DNA from: Eledone cirrhosa
Lineage: Eukaryota
Assembly (NCBI GenBank): GCA_964016885.1
Contig: OZ024742.1
Location: forward strand, 257,300,001 to 257,364,000
Direction of reading: 5' to 3'
Length of the DNA: 64,000 nucleotides
Below are positions 43,461-57,600 of the stretch, piece by piece (positions within the stretch are counted from its first letter, which is position 1; each line of letters opens with the position of its first letter). Below the pieces are notes generated by a model. It worked only from the letters and a program-made list of their open reading frames with translations, had not been told where the DNA came from and did no database searches. A program made the translations under genes and the position numbers.

Positions 43461-44499
43461 AAATAAATAAATATTTAAATGAACAAAAACATAAAACATA
43501 AAAACAAGTTTCATTGTAATGTTTGAATATCTGACTTAATTTTTTCCTTTTTTGTTTTTCAAGGCCAGTAACATCGGTTACTAGTATTTTTGTTGTAGCT
43601 GCTGCTGTTTTTTAATTTAGCTACGCTAAGCTCGTAAACATAGCAGCGAGGCAGGTAAGGGGTGTTGCGTTCAAAACCTTTGAAATTTGTTTTTCTTTTG
43701 ATGTTGTGTTTGTTTTTTGTCTGTATTCTGTTCTGTAATGTTTCGACTTGTTACTTATCATCTTTATGCAAGTTGACATCGTTTAAACTAAACATTTTGA
43801 GAGAGCTTAGAGATACAACGACAATAATTATTTTGATGAAGGTGCTGTTGTTGGCTATGTTGGTGGAGGACTTCAGTGCCACTGTGGTTCATGTTGGGAT
43901 GTTCAAAATGTTCTATTAACCGGGTCACTAAATCAGTGTATTTATAACTATATCTTTTGGTAGCTTCCTCATTTCTAGTCATGTGTAATGGCACTACTAC
44001 CTTCCCTCTCTTATCAGAAGGTAGTAAGGGAATAGTGGTGGTAGCAATGATACAGTCGTGACGGTGGTGATAGGGTAGTGGTAATGTAGGGATGGTGTTG
44101 TTGCCGCTGTTGATTTGTCTCCAGCTACATTTTGTGGTAGGTAGTGGTTGAAGTAGTGGTGGTGGTGTTGGTGGTGAAATGATTTGGCCGTTGTTTTCCT
44201 GACTAAATAAAGATGGCGTAGAAAATACAATGCAACGGTAGGAAACAATAGCACCACTGACGATGTTACAGATGTGCAACGAAAGAACTTTGATAGACTA
44301 TATATATGTGTTTGTGTCTATGTTGTATCTGTATTATTTTTGACCCTTGGTCAGTCAATGGCAACATTGAGGACCGAATAAATTAGATTATCGAAATAAA
44401 TGACACAGAAGCGAAAAGCGAAAACCAACCAAACAGTGAGTGTGTTCTGTTATTAATTCTGGCAATATTACACAAAAATGACCCTCCCCAAGTATAACA

Positions 44500-44552
<53 letters not shown>

Positions 44553-44624
44553 ATCATGTATGTATAAATATTTATAAGTATGTATATATATATATATATA
44601 CGATGAATTCCTCTATTTTCCCTC

Positions 44625-44758
44625 TACTAAATTCTACACACAAGACTTTCATAAACCTACCACTAGTGTAGAAGTCATTTGCCCAATATATAGCGTATCA
44701 CTACTGAACCCAGAATTATATGGCTGCAACGCAAACTCCTTAGTCACACTATCATGCC
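44625..44758 (-). mobile_element. Decayed SINE
   Basis: gaagtcatttgcccaa..actgaaccc pattern (reverse CORE-like domain and B box). Confidence 0.45.
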
Positions 44759-47149
44759 TAACTTCTGATTTTCGCTGTATATACATGTTTCTTAGTATTA
44801 TATATAATTGTTTCTTCATATATAATATATATGTTTATTTTGTCTTACGTTTACTTCTGTCCATTTTTTGAATTATATACATTTTTTTCTATTGTATATA
44901 GTTTTGTATTATAAACATATCTGATTTGTTTTATATATACTTTGTCTTCTATAGTTTATTCATTTGCTTACTATTATACATTCTTTTGTTTCGTATATTT
45001 CGAATGATCTCTACAAAAGAATGTTTGATTCTGCTTGGTCACGTATTTACTACTTTATGATTTCAAATCGTGCCTTCTGGCTTTAATAAGAGATAAAACA
45101 TAGGCATATCTATAGAAATATTATCAATTGCCGCTGATACGATGAAATGTAGAGAGGGTGATATCGAAAGAGAGAATGGGAGGAATGGGAGATTGGCGGA
45201 GAAAAAAGGCAGGGGCAGCGAAAATGAGCGTGAAGTAATATTGACTGAGGGAGGGGAAATAATTGCACATATATTGAGAGAGAGAGAGAAAGAGAGAGAG
45301 TGAGAGAGAGAGAGAAAGAGAGAGAGAGAAAGAGAGATAGAGTAAGTCGAATTGAAGAGACGAGACTGTGATGAAGTGGGAGAGTGCGAGAGAGAGAGAA
45401 GCAGAGAGAGAAAAAAATGCAGAGAAGTAATGAAGAATGCAGAAGGGGAGGATTGAATGGTAGAACATTCATCAGTAGAGTCGTAGGTGGAAAATAAGAG
45501 GGTGGCCTATAGAAAATGTAACAGAGGTCGTAGCGGAAATAAAGAAAACATTATTTCGGAATAAAATTGACAAACAATGGAAAGATTTCTGACAGGAATA
45601 ATATTCATTTATTCTTAACCCTTTCATTAACTGTATTTCAAATGAATAAAACTGCGTATAATTTCCAAATAATATTGAACATATTAATTCTTTTTTTATC
45701 ATACAAATAATTTTCTCATTATCAGGATGATGGCTAGAATATAACGATAGTTCCTACATAAAATTATGGTGAAACTGGTTTAGATATATATATATATATA
45801 AAACCTATGAAATATACAGATCAATATGATAGATCCAAGGGCGTGTTTACGTGATTTTGTATTTATAAAATGTTAAACAACAACATTTACAGAATCCATA
45901 ACACATACAGTATTGGTTTTATCCCCTGATGCTAAAGGGAGCAACCTTATAAAGGTGAGAAGCATACTAACGCAAGTGAAACTCCTGCTTATTGGAAGAA
46001 ACGTATGATCGACGGATAGAAAGATGTATTTCTTGATCGTATCATCACTGATGTAACCTACCACGGAGATCATGTTTATTTGCTATAATTCTACTGCCTA
46101 TAAATAAACAAAAGAGAAATCCTTGAACGCCAGGTGGGACTAAAGAAAATATGTTTCAATTAGACGTATACAGGCTTACAATGCTCTGCTGTGTGTCAAG
46201 CTCTCCAGATTGTGATACGAACAATCTAACCATTAAACCAGGCCCATTCTGCGTTTTGTCATTACAATAATCATTATCATCACCATCGTCACCATCTTCA
46301 CCCTCAACATCATCATCATCATCATCATCATTCAACATCAGTTGACCTAAATAGCAATGGTTGAACGTGTTGTCACATATCAAGTCAATACTTAATTAGA
46401 TCTCCTGATCACACAGATGGGTTGTATCTCACGTAAATACTTTCACGCACTCTATAGAATGTACGTGCATTTCATCAAGGCACCAGCACTAGGGAGGCTC
46501 TCAAATATTTGACAGTATTGAAGTTTTCTCACTATCATGTGTTTGAAATATTTCTAATCGGCTTCATGCACTGCGAAACACTAGCCACTTTAGAATGTTT
46601 ACTTAGTGTATGTTATCACTCACTCCTACGATAGACTTTGATGTAATTTTCAAAAAACAGAAACCACCACTCAACTGTTTGTTTGGCAAGGTTTCTACAG
46701 GTGGATAGCATTCTTCTTATGGGCCTCATTACAGCGTCTGCTTGTGTCAGCACCAAGAGGAAAGTACCTGAATTATTAAATGTACTAATCAAATTTTCCA
46801 TATTTATTGGTGGAGTGACAAAATCAATCGAAAGCTGGACTAATTGTTTTAATAAAAAGATTGGTCAACAAAATCCTTCTACATATGAATAGCCTTTTCC
46901 TTTGCAAAATGTCACTAACAAGCAATTTTCAGTTCAATATATCTGTCAACACGAGAGATGTTTCCAAACATGGCCTGCGGAGACGATAAAATAAAGTACC
47001 AGGGAGCACGGGAGTTGATTTAATCGACTTTCTCTTCCCCACAAATGTTTTTCGCCGTGTTCCTAAACAAGAAACCAATATTATTATGATTAATGTTAGT
47101 CGTATTTTTATTGCGTATCAGCATTAACGACCATAGCTATGTGCCCTGG

Positions 47150-48700
47150 ATATGTACAGTGTTACTTTTCCTTTTGTTATTTCTATTGCATTGTTATTAT
47201 TGTACGTGTATACTAGTGTTTCTGTATTCGACATTGTATGTTTGGCGTTCTTGTTATGTACTTGTCTCTGTGTTTATCAACATTCCCAGAGCACACTATC
47301 ATTACAGGTCTTGTTTCTGTTTTCAAATTCGGATTATTTTAATTCTAGATTTTATATGTAGATATAGCATATTATGTGGGATAAAGAAACCAATTAAAAG
47401 AGCGTGTTCCATTGTTGACTTTGACTACAATATCCGGTTGGTTGCTTTACATCTCCCTATTTCAGTATTTAGGCATATGCACCAGTATGGCTGCTGTGCC
47501 ACTCTCTGACACATTTTCTGTTGTATATTTCTACACACTTTTCCTGTTCGTATTCTGTAGTATCGTCATAACACCCATTGTATGCAAATCCTAACTCTTC
47601 CATTACTGTGTTCTGGTTCATTAAGTATTTTTGGTTGTTTCTTCTGAGAAGCTTTGGATATGCAATATGAAATTCCTGAGTCTTTTGTTGCAATATGAAA
47701 TTCCTGAGTCTCAGGCGATAATCCAGTAATTCCTAACCAGCTTTGTAAAATTTGCTTGTCCATTTCTTCTCAGTGAATCCAGAGGTTTTTCTTGCCTTCG
47801 TGTTGTCCCAACCGTCTGGAGATCTGTTTTTAATTTGGATTTTGTCTTTTTCACCGGTATTGTTGTTGTTTCCTTTGATGTTTCATGTTTCTTGTAATTT
47901 AGATTATTGTGCTTGGTAGCATCATTGAATAAAAGACAATCTCTTGTTTTGAAGGCTATTTCATTATTTATCATTATATATCTTTGTAATCCTGCACTAT
48001 ATATTTCATAAACATTTTTTAGTAACACAAGGCCACCTTTTCAGCGCGTTTGTATAATCTTTCTAAATTTGATTTTGCATGGTGTATTTTAAAAATGTAA
48101 TCATATTGTTTGTGGATAATCATGTTAGTTATTTTAGTGAGAAGTTCCGAATTTTAAAACTGTAGCTTCTTACTCTGATCGAATTGATGTATTTTAACTT
48201 AGATCTAATCTGTTTATGTTATTCGTTTCTAATTGCTTTTTCATCTCTATGTATTGATTCCTATCTATTTCCTTGATTCATTAGTATGTTTGTGTTTGCC
48301 CTGGATCTCTTATCTCAGATGTTTTTATATGGAATACTATTAGATATTTCCACGAAATTTACACCATTCAGGGTTATTTGGGTGTATTTTCTAATCCAAA
48401 TGTCATATCTATGTTTTTTGTGTGGTCCATGAACTTTCTGCAGGAGTGTTTCATCATGTCGCTCATTGCATTGCACGATTTATATCGCACATATAGAGAT
48501 GGTTAATTTATTCGTCATAGAATTTATAACCATATCCTGTCCTCTAAAATAGCTCAGATAATGGCGCTAATGTTAGGCGGAAGAGAAGTGGTGAAAGAGG
48601 GTCCGTTTTATATATTCCTTATATATCACGGTTTATAAATCCATATTTCATTTGTATTAGCAGAAATGTTTGCCATTTATTCATGACCAGATTAACGAAT
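47150..48700 (-). mobile_element. Highly decayed R4-type LINE C-terminal region (RT end plus restriction-like endonuclease); another C-terminal scrap at about 49130-49400
   Basis: Minus-strand SWL..GLSPETQEFHIA and NQPDIVVKVNN; ACLLGTARTIR near 49150. Confidence 0.65.
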
Positions 48701-50599
48701 GTTCTGATTTTTGGCGCTACGTTTTTTTATGGCTCATGTGCTTAATATCAATACATGGATAGTACTGCAGATATCGTTCTGGCTATCAATCAACACCTTG
48801 CTAAGATTTCTTGTTAGAGTATGGTTGATTAATAATCTGGATTGAAAGAAGCTTTAAAGCGTCGGACAACCCGCTTTTCAGCATGTAATTCAAATTCCGC
48901 TAAGGTTAACTTTGCCTTTCTTCCTTACGATTTCAATAAAATGAAGTATCAGAAATGCATTGGGGTCGATTTATTCGATTATCCTCTTCCCCAAAATTGC
49001 TGGACTTGTGCCTAGCGTACAAACACATTATTATTATTTTTGTTGCGAATTTTGTATCTCAGTCATTCATATGATTTAACCAGAAAATGTGCCGTAACGA
49101 ATATCAAGCTGCTAACAACATCCTGAAATATTCAAGACTTATCGGATAGTCCTTGCTGTTCCCAGCAGGCATGCCTTTTGATGTGTCGAAGAACGCCAGC
49201 ATTGAATGCTTGTGATTTTCAGTGGCTTAAATTGCTACTCATTTGATTTTTTGTTGTTGAAAACGGGACATAAAGCATTCGTCTTTTCGCAGAGAAAACG
49301 AGCGCTCATAATTTTTGGGCCGTAAAAAAACATGCGCCAGATAACGTTGGGATAGTTTTCACGTGACAGCAGCTCAAACGTTGAAAGCAGTGTCAAATCC
49401 AAATATTTTGAACTGTTTTACCACAACAGGCATAAAACCTGAAAATGAAGATGGCGACAGTAAATACAGCATCACGTGTAGCAGCACAAGGAGTGGCAAC
49501 GATACAAACAGAAGCTTAGCGCCGGAAAAATAAGAAACATAATGTACAACTGTCACTCCAGAATAGTGAACCAGACAAAACACAACAACTTCATTGCAAA
49601 CACCACCATTGCAACAAAAATGTAACAGAAACAATGAAAAATAACAGGAACACAAAGAACAACAGTACAATGAGCAACAGTAGCCGCAGCAATTACACCA
49701 ACATCTGTGATCGCAAATATAGCAGAGATGATGCAACCGCTAAATTATACGCTAGAGCTGCTAACATGAACTAAAAAGTTTCGGTGAGCGACAACAAAAT
49801 GAAGAAGCCCAGGCTGATGGTGAAAAAGCATGGCTACAATATCAGCCTCACTCCTCCCTCTGACCTCAAAGAAAACCGACATCATAGCTTACCAATGCTA
49901 CATAACACGCGTTCGAATTACGATTTTTGTACTTGTATGCGTACCATTTTTGATGTCATTTAATATCGATTCATGTGTTGTTTTATTTACTCTCAAGCAC
50001 TTCAGCGATTTAGTTTTCTTAATATGTTGACTCCATTTTCCCAGATGTTTGACCAAATCATTTGCAGTCTTCTGCAACCGGTGTCACTCTTTTTTCTTAA
50101 TTTTAACGTCGGCGAATTGGTGAAAGCTTTTCTCATCATACCGTAACATTCTATGGATTGTGTATCGTGTTCTTCGTTCAAATCTTCTCAGCCCCGACGC
50201 CTTGGCCTGTATTCACCACCAACAATATAAGCATTAACAGCAGCAGCAATGGCGAAACAACGTCAGCAACAACAATAATAACGACGGAAACACACCCGAT
50301 AACAAAAACGTGCAAACAACAACAACAGCGTAAGCAACAATGACAACAACACTAACAACAACTAAAACACCACACACATCAACAACTCCAATAACAATGT
50401 GACCAGCAACAACACCGACAACGGCAACACGGATAAAAAGAATTCTTTCGCTGCTGCCGCATGTAAATATAAGGCCATGCTTCGCTACGACCCATAGTCA
50501 AGAATAAAATGATGGCACAGTCTTGGATGCTCATAAAAAAAAGAGCAAAGTTGGGCCAGCTTGACCGTCTCGGCAGAGGTCATAGTGCAAAGTAGAGTA

Positions 50600-52750
50600 T
50601 AATGTTGATCTTTAGATGCATTTCTCTGTTGGTTAAAAATAGTGGTGATTTCTCCAGAAGCCTCAGGTAAAACTGCGCGGAAATGCATCAGAGATCACAG
50701 CAAGTACATAGCGACGGTCAGGCAATAGGACATACTCTCGGTGACGTTTAATCAGAATACCTCGCTGTGAAACCTTCAGTCACCAGTTGCAAAATCATCA
50801 AGGTCATTATGTATCCTTCCAACACTAGATAAAGAAAAGTTCGTGTCCGCATTCTCAGGAATAGATATTTGATGGCTCCTAGAATGGGTGGCTGTGGAGG
50901 GGACGGATGCCTTCCTGTTCGAGGTGACCAGAACAGACAGGGACTACATTCAGGTTTGACAAGTAGATATTTCTCCAGATAAAGGCTGAAGACCTTAGAG
51001 TAATCCCGGACCACATTTGCCAACTGAAAGGGGACAGCGGTGCAGGTATTAACCGAGAGGAAAGGCCGCATTGCTACGTATGCGGTGAAGCAACGCATAT
51101 GCAATCCTTCGTTCCTCAAAGCAAAAAATGTAAGGTGTGGTAGGCCTCCACTGCTACCGACGCCGGGGCGGTGACCACTACCATCATTGATCACCCAGGA
51201 AGAAAACTAGAAAACCACCCCTCCCCCCGCCAAAATAAAATAAATAAATAGACACAAACACAAGCATAAACACACATACTGTCACAGACTCTTCGTCTTC
51301 CACTAACGAAGACGAAAGAAAACCAAAATGAAACAAACAAAAGAGGAAGCATAAGAAAAACCTCCACACATAACACACACACCCACAACAGAAAATTCAG
51401 ACACCAAATATGAAACAAACACAAACACTTCACCAAGATCACCACCACCTCATCCCCCCATAACACAAACAACCACAACAAACACAAGAAACGTCACACA
51501 TCTTTATGCTAATAAGAAGGGCCAGCAGGTGTTTGATGGCCGTGATACAACAAACACAAGACATAGAAACAGAGGGGGAATAATCGGCACAATTACATGT
51601 TTCGTACTGGAGGATCTGATGATGGTACGTACGTTGCTAAGTGTGTACAAAGGCATTAAAGACAGCTTACCTCGGGACGTGGAAAACACGAATATAAAAC
51701 AGAGATCAATAGTTTTACAGGGGTTCCCGAAAGAAACACCAAAACCATGGCGATCAAAAAACACGGCGTCCGAAGACCCAAGAGATGTAAGTAAAACTTT
51801 CCTCCCTCTTACAACCTGAAGAACATGGCCAACAGAAGAGTAAGAAGCTTAAACGTTCGTGTCCTGGTGTGGGGCCGGAAACAGGGATGCATGCTGAACA
51901 ACTTCACGGGGTAGTTATGGATGTGACTGCCGTCAGCGAGACCAGGATTTCCGACATGTACGCACTAACACCCATTTCCGACGATTATCAGATATTCGCA
52001 TCTCTTAGTCGGCCGGGATTGGGAGGTGGGGAGGCAGTGATTTTATAGGATATGCCTGGATCTCGAGGTAAGGTCAATGCCGGAGACGGTAAGTTGATGG
52101 TCCTCTACGTGAACAATAGCGAAGTCGGTGCCTTTAGATTGGTGGGTGCATACGCCTCGACCGAAGCCGGAGGGAGGGACTGCTTTAGGCGCCTGGAAGC
52201 CTTTCTGTGAACATCAAGCCCGTTACTCTTCGCGGAAGACTGGAATATCATCTTGGAGCCAAACTGGGATTGTGTGGGAGTAGCTGATAGGAGGTGCGTG
52301 TAAACGCCTCAACTACATGATCATACAGTTCCAACTATCTGAAAGGTTGCGACTAGATATCCATAATGTGCAAGTGTGGGCCTGGGTCAAACACATATAG
52401 TCCTATCGTGCGTATACAGATAGGTTCTTTATTAGGCCAATAGATAAATATAGTATAGGTTGTCTACATTTTCAAATGATACCAAGTTTGTGATCTGTAT
52501 GGTTCATATAGGTATGTCACGGAGGTTAGGACCTGGTTTCCGACTCGTAAGGCTACGGGAACCGGGTCCACAATTTAGTTAAACAAAGGTTGAAAGTGTG
52601 CTTCGTCAACAACATGTGGCGTGGGGCTCTCAAAAGAAAGATTAGAGTAATCCCCATAAAATTTAGCAAAGAAGTAGATTTAGAGAAAAACAGAAAAGTG
52701 TGGTAGATGGTAGATAAATTAAATGAGGCTGTTCGTAGTGACATTTAACT
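50600..52750 (+). mobile_element. Decayed L1/Tx1-like LINE: ORF1 zinc knuckle plus AP-endonuclease remnant
   Basis: RPHCYVCGEATH (about 51063-51100), then LNVRVL, DVTAVSETRI, FRLVGAYA and EDWNIIL (about 51848-52255). Confidence 0.7.
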
Positions 52751-53278
52751 GACACACCATTACTGTTGGAAGCTCCCGGATAGTGGAGTTGTAGCTTTAA
52801 TTTTAGGTAAGTTACTATTGGATATTTATAAAATAAGCTGATGGGTTACGGAGACAGAGAAAGATAGAGAGGGAAAGAGAGAGAAAGAGCAGAACAACAG
52901 AGAGAGAAAGGTAAAGAGAGAGAGTAGAGAGAGAAAGGAGAGAGAACGAAACATCCTAAGTCATATATTGTTGAGTTATCTTAACAATTGAGATGAAATG
53001 AATAAATAAGATTAGAAATGTTAATAATCATGAATTGAATATACATATATAATATGAGAAATTTCAGCATTGTTTAAATATGATTAGATGTTTAGTTAAT
53101 AAGTTAAATATTGTTATATATATATTTATTTCATGTTGGGCCTTCTACCAGGAGTTGCGACCGATATATAGTATTAGCAATTGGAAAGACCAACGGAAAC
53201 ATTGTTTCCTCGGTCCGATTTGACGAACTGTCGATATATTTATATATATATATATATATACACACACTTTTAGCAAGT

Positions 53279-53338
<60 letters not shown>

Positions 53339-53339
53339 T

Positions 53340-53391
<52 letters not shown>

Positions 53392-53394
<3 letters not shown>

Positions 53395-53525
53395 AATAAA
53401 ATAAAACGACATTTCATTTCTCACTCTTATACGGCACTTACTTAATTGCAAGTATGCATGTATGTACACGTACATACATATATGAATAGAGACGTACAGT
53501 AGTATGTATATATATACATACATGT

Positions 53526-53587
<62 letters not shown>

Positions 53588-54298
53588 GTATCGGTAAACC
53601 GAACATTTATTAAAATGCTCGGTTTGTTTGTTTGTAAAAAACAAACAGCCCGGATTACGCCGTACAGTATTTAGGCAACCACGTCACCTTTTTGGAACGA
53701 TGTACTATTTTCAAGCTTATTAGCTATCGTCAGCATCGTATACCTTGCTGCCAGATGGTTGAACGTCTGAAAGAATATACTTTCCTTTTGTTTATTAACC
53801 GCTGAGCAGCCTAATTTGCATATCGAGTGAGTTCAGTCGACCGGGCACACCGAAAGCGATAAATGGAACAGAGTGAGAAATGAAAATTCGTTTCATTCTA
53901 TTCTATTTATCGTTTTCGGTGTGCCCGGCCGACTGAACTCACTCGATATGCAAATTAGGCTGCTCAGCCGTTAATATGTATAAGGAAAGTATATACTTTC
54001 AGACGTTCAACCATCTTGCAGGAAGGTATACGATGCTGACGATAGCTAATAAGCTTGAAACTAATACATCGTTCCTGTGTCATGTTGAACAAAAAAGTGA
54101 CGTGGTTGCCTAAACATTGTACGGCGTAATTCGGGCTGTTTGTTTGTTTACAAACAAACAAACCGAGCATTATAATAAATGTTCGTTAAACCGATACGTG
54201 CATATATATATATGTGTGCATGTATGTATATTATATATACGTACTATTGTACGTATGTATACATATATGTATGTACGTATACAAACATGCATACTTGC

Positions 54299-54300
<2 letters not shown>
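53392..54300. mobile_element. Inverted pair of the same retrozyme-like family as 5033-5829
   Basis: About 53392-53870 and 53872-54300 are inverted copies. HHRs lie at 53697-53739 (-) and 54030-54072 (+), both with a perfect ACGAUG/CAUCGU stem I and a CUGACGA..GAAA core. Confidence 0.88.
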
Positions 54301-54379
<79 letters not shown>

Positions 54380-54399
54380 TATCTATATTCATATATCTA

Positions 54400-54531
<132 letters not shown>

Positions 54532-55279
54532 CTAAAACTGAACTGTATACTTAAACTCATGTGGTGCAAGATAAACTAACTTATACAGTAGTATGTAACT
54601 GCGGTATATAACAACTGTCTGAAAATGTTAACATAGAGAAATATTAAAATATTCCACTATTATTCCGAAATTGTCAGAAAAATATTACTTGCCGTCTTTA
54701 CATTGTATTGTCTATCAACTCAATAGGACACTATCTCATGCTTGAAGTCTCACCAACAATATAGACTTGACACTTAACTTCGAAAGAAGTCTATTGACTA
54801 TCTATGGAAGGTCTTGTTGGTCGACATCTCAATTGCAGACAAAATATTAAAATTAAAGCTGTCTCAATGTGACTATACAGAAACCCACACTCCTTCACAC
54901 TCTTCACATATACATATAGCCGAGACTGTGGGTTATATATATATATATGCGCGTGTGTGAGTGTGTGTGTATATATATATATATATATATTGTTATACTT
55001 GGGGAGGGTCATATTGTTGTAATAATATTGCCGGAAATAATAACAGAACACACTCACTGTTTTGTTGGTGTTCACTTCTGTATCTTTTAGTTAATCCATA
55101 GTTAATTCATTCGGTCCTCAATGTTTACCATTGAAAGACCAACGGTCAAAAGTACAGATTTAATATAGATATAAGCACATGTATATAGTCTAACACAATT
55201 CTTCCGTCGCATATCTGCAACATCGTCAGTGGTACTATTTATTTTATCTGTTTATTTATTTATTTATTTATTTATATTT

Positions 55280-56330
55280 CCATTAAATCAGTATTGTTTG
55301 TTTGGGTGTTGTTATTCCATTCATTTTTTTGTTTAGCTTTGGCCTTTTAAGTTCTATTTCACTTGCCTCTCTGAATTGCCTATCTGCTGGGTCATTTCTA
55401 TGGTTAGCTATTATTTTAATGTCTATGTTGTTTATGTTGCCGTCATGTTTTTGTCTGGTGTGTTACTATAGTACTGAACCGTTTTTTCGTCCTTTTAGTT
55501 TCCCCACTGTTGATATATCATTTCTCCTATGCTACGGGCTGTTACGCCTATGTATCTTGTTGTCATCTTTCTGCAAGTACCCTCTGTACAACTTATGCTA
55601 TAGACTACGTTTCGAGTAATACAGTTTATCTGGTGGTTTACTTTACATATAATAGATTTCCTATTAGTACAGTGGGTTTTCTTAAACGGGTATATTTTGC
55701 TGATCAGGGATTTTATGGTAGTTCCTGGCTTTTCTACTACTTTAATCTTTAGAGTGGGTTTTTCTCAGGGTTTTTCTACACCGGTTAATTTCCCTCCAGG
55801 AGTAACGTCCACGAACATGCCACTATGGTATCTCTGGTTGTCTTACAATGAGGTGGCTTCCCTATCTTATGTTTAGTCCTATCTAAGCTATTCCATAATT
55901 TGCTCCTCTATAATGGGCAAATTCCTTTCATGTCCACGTCTATGAGGGTCTTATACTTCCCAGTGGCTCCTTCATATACTCTGATTATGTCTCTTTCGTT
56001 GTAGCCAGAGAACTCTGCATGTGGTTCATGAATTGTTGGATGTGTGTTTCCATTTCTGTGGACACGTTCTTCATCACTCGTACCAAGTCTGCGATCAGAA
56101 TATTAAACTTAGCACTACTGGACATTGCTGAGTTTTTGAGTATCAGGTATTTGGAGGCCATGCATTTAGCGTAGTGTGAGTGGAGAATTAGGGGCCTCTC
56201 GTCTATAGTGTGATTCCAAAATTTCCGTGTCTAGCGTCTAAATACCCGCCTTGAGGTTTTAGTCGCTGTCCACACCATAAGAAATATTTATAGTGAGGGC
56301 AATCTAATTTTAATTGCAATGAATTTTATT
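55280..56330 (-). mobile_element. Decayed PLE with GIY-YIG
   Basis: The minus strand at about 55510-55630 reads NCITRNVVYSISCTEGTCRKMTTRYIGVTARSIGE. Confidence 0.7.
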
Positions 56331-56671
56331 TCTTTGAATTATTAACTTTGAACACGTTCCCTACATTTGTGGGTGTTTTATAGTTACCATCCTCTTTTTT
56401 TATTTATAACTGAACTAGAAATTTATGCCCTTGAAGAACTGTCGCATTTTTCTAAAAAGTCTTCAAATCAATCTGTGGAAGCAGCTATATTTATTTTTAA
56501 CTTAAGTACCTGTATTTGTCACTCTTGCTAATAATTATACTTACATCGTCTTATCGCATTATGGACTAAGTAATCTTACCCTACGATATTTCTACCAAAC
56601 TTATATGTATATGTATATATATATGTATGTATGTATGTATATACGTATATATATATATATATTTTTTTTTA

Positions 56672-57128
56672 GAGTAAAACGACGGGAGGCCGGAGAGGTT
56701 GTATTCCTTTAAATTTAATTACTGGAAATACTATGCCAATTTCAGAGGCCATGATAATTACGAACCTGGTGACATCATCAGTGTTATTGCTACATAATAG
56801 TTCGGAAGAAAAAGAGAATGAAAAAAAGGTTTGACTCAGAGGTAATTGAATGCTCTCTTCTCATTCGGCCGGATTCCATCTGAGTGACTACACTGACGTG
56901 TTATTTTCTTATGTGGACAGGGTTTTCACAGTTTATTGGTTACTACCAACTCCACCTGACAACCTTAGACACATGGCTTCTTACCCTGTTTCTTTCTAAC
57001 TCGTACGCAATTACACACCTGGTGATGTCAGCGGGTTCATACGTAAACTGGCCACTGAAATATGCATAGTGTTTAAACTAATAAAATGTGAATGAATACA
57101 AACTTTCCGACCACCTGTCAATTTACCC
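56672..57128. mobile_element. Old MITE-like element with about 130-bp degenerate terminal inverted repeats, TA-flanked
   Basis: The left end gagtaaaacgacgggaggccggagaggttgtattc aligns with the reverse complement of the right end, gggtaaattgacaggtggtcggaaagtttgtattc. TA is present on both sides. Confidence 0.65.
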
Positions 57129-57276
57129 TATAATATAATTTAACTCCGTTCCCGCACCACCAGCAAGATTTGACATCAAAGAAGGATGATTTGCATAACG
57201 TCGTATGCTTTCATAATATAACATCATGGTTTACTTCCAGGAAAGACCGATTCTACCCGGTGCTGGCCACCAGATT

Positions 57277-57600
57277 TAAGCGTGTATATATATATATAAG
57301 CGTGTATATATATATATATAAGCGTGTATATATATATATATAAGCGTGTATATATATATATATATAAGCAAAACAAGACGACAAATTTCACAAGCAAGAC
57401 ATTATAATAATGCAAGACATTATATATATATATATAAGCGTGTATATATATATAAGCGTGTATATATATATATATAAGCGTGTATATATATATATATATA
57501 AGCAAAACAAGACGACAAATTTCACAAGCAAGACATTAAAATAATAATAATAATATTAATAATAATAGACATTATTATTATTAATATTATTATTATTATT
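57277..57600. repeat. Compound minisatellite taagcgtg(ta)n with a duplicated 38-nt block, followed by a (TAA)n/(TTA)n palindrome
   Basis: Direct reading. agcaaaacaagacgacaaatttcacaagcaagacatta occurs at about 57367 and about 57501. Confidence 0.8.

Noticed and set aside
57277-57540. CRISPR-like repeat-spacer appearance
   Set aside because: The spacers are just variable (TA)n, the context is eukaryotic and there are no cas genes.
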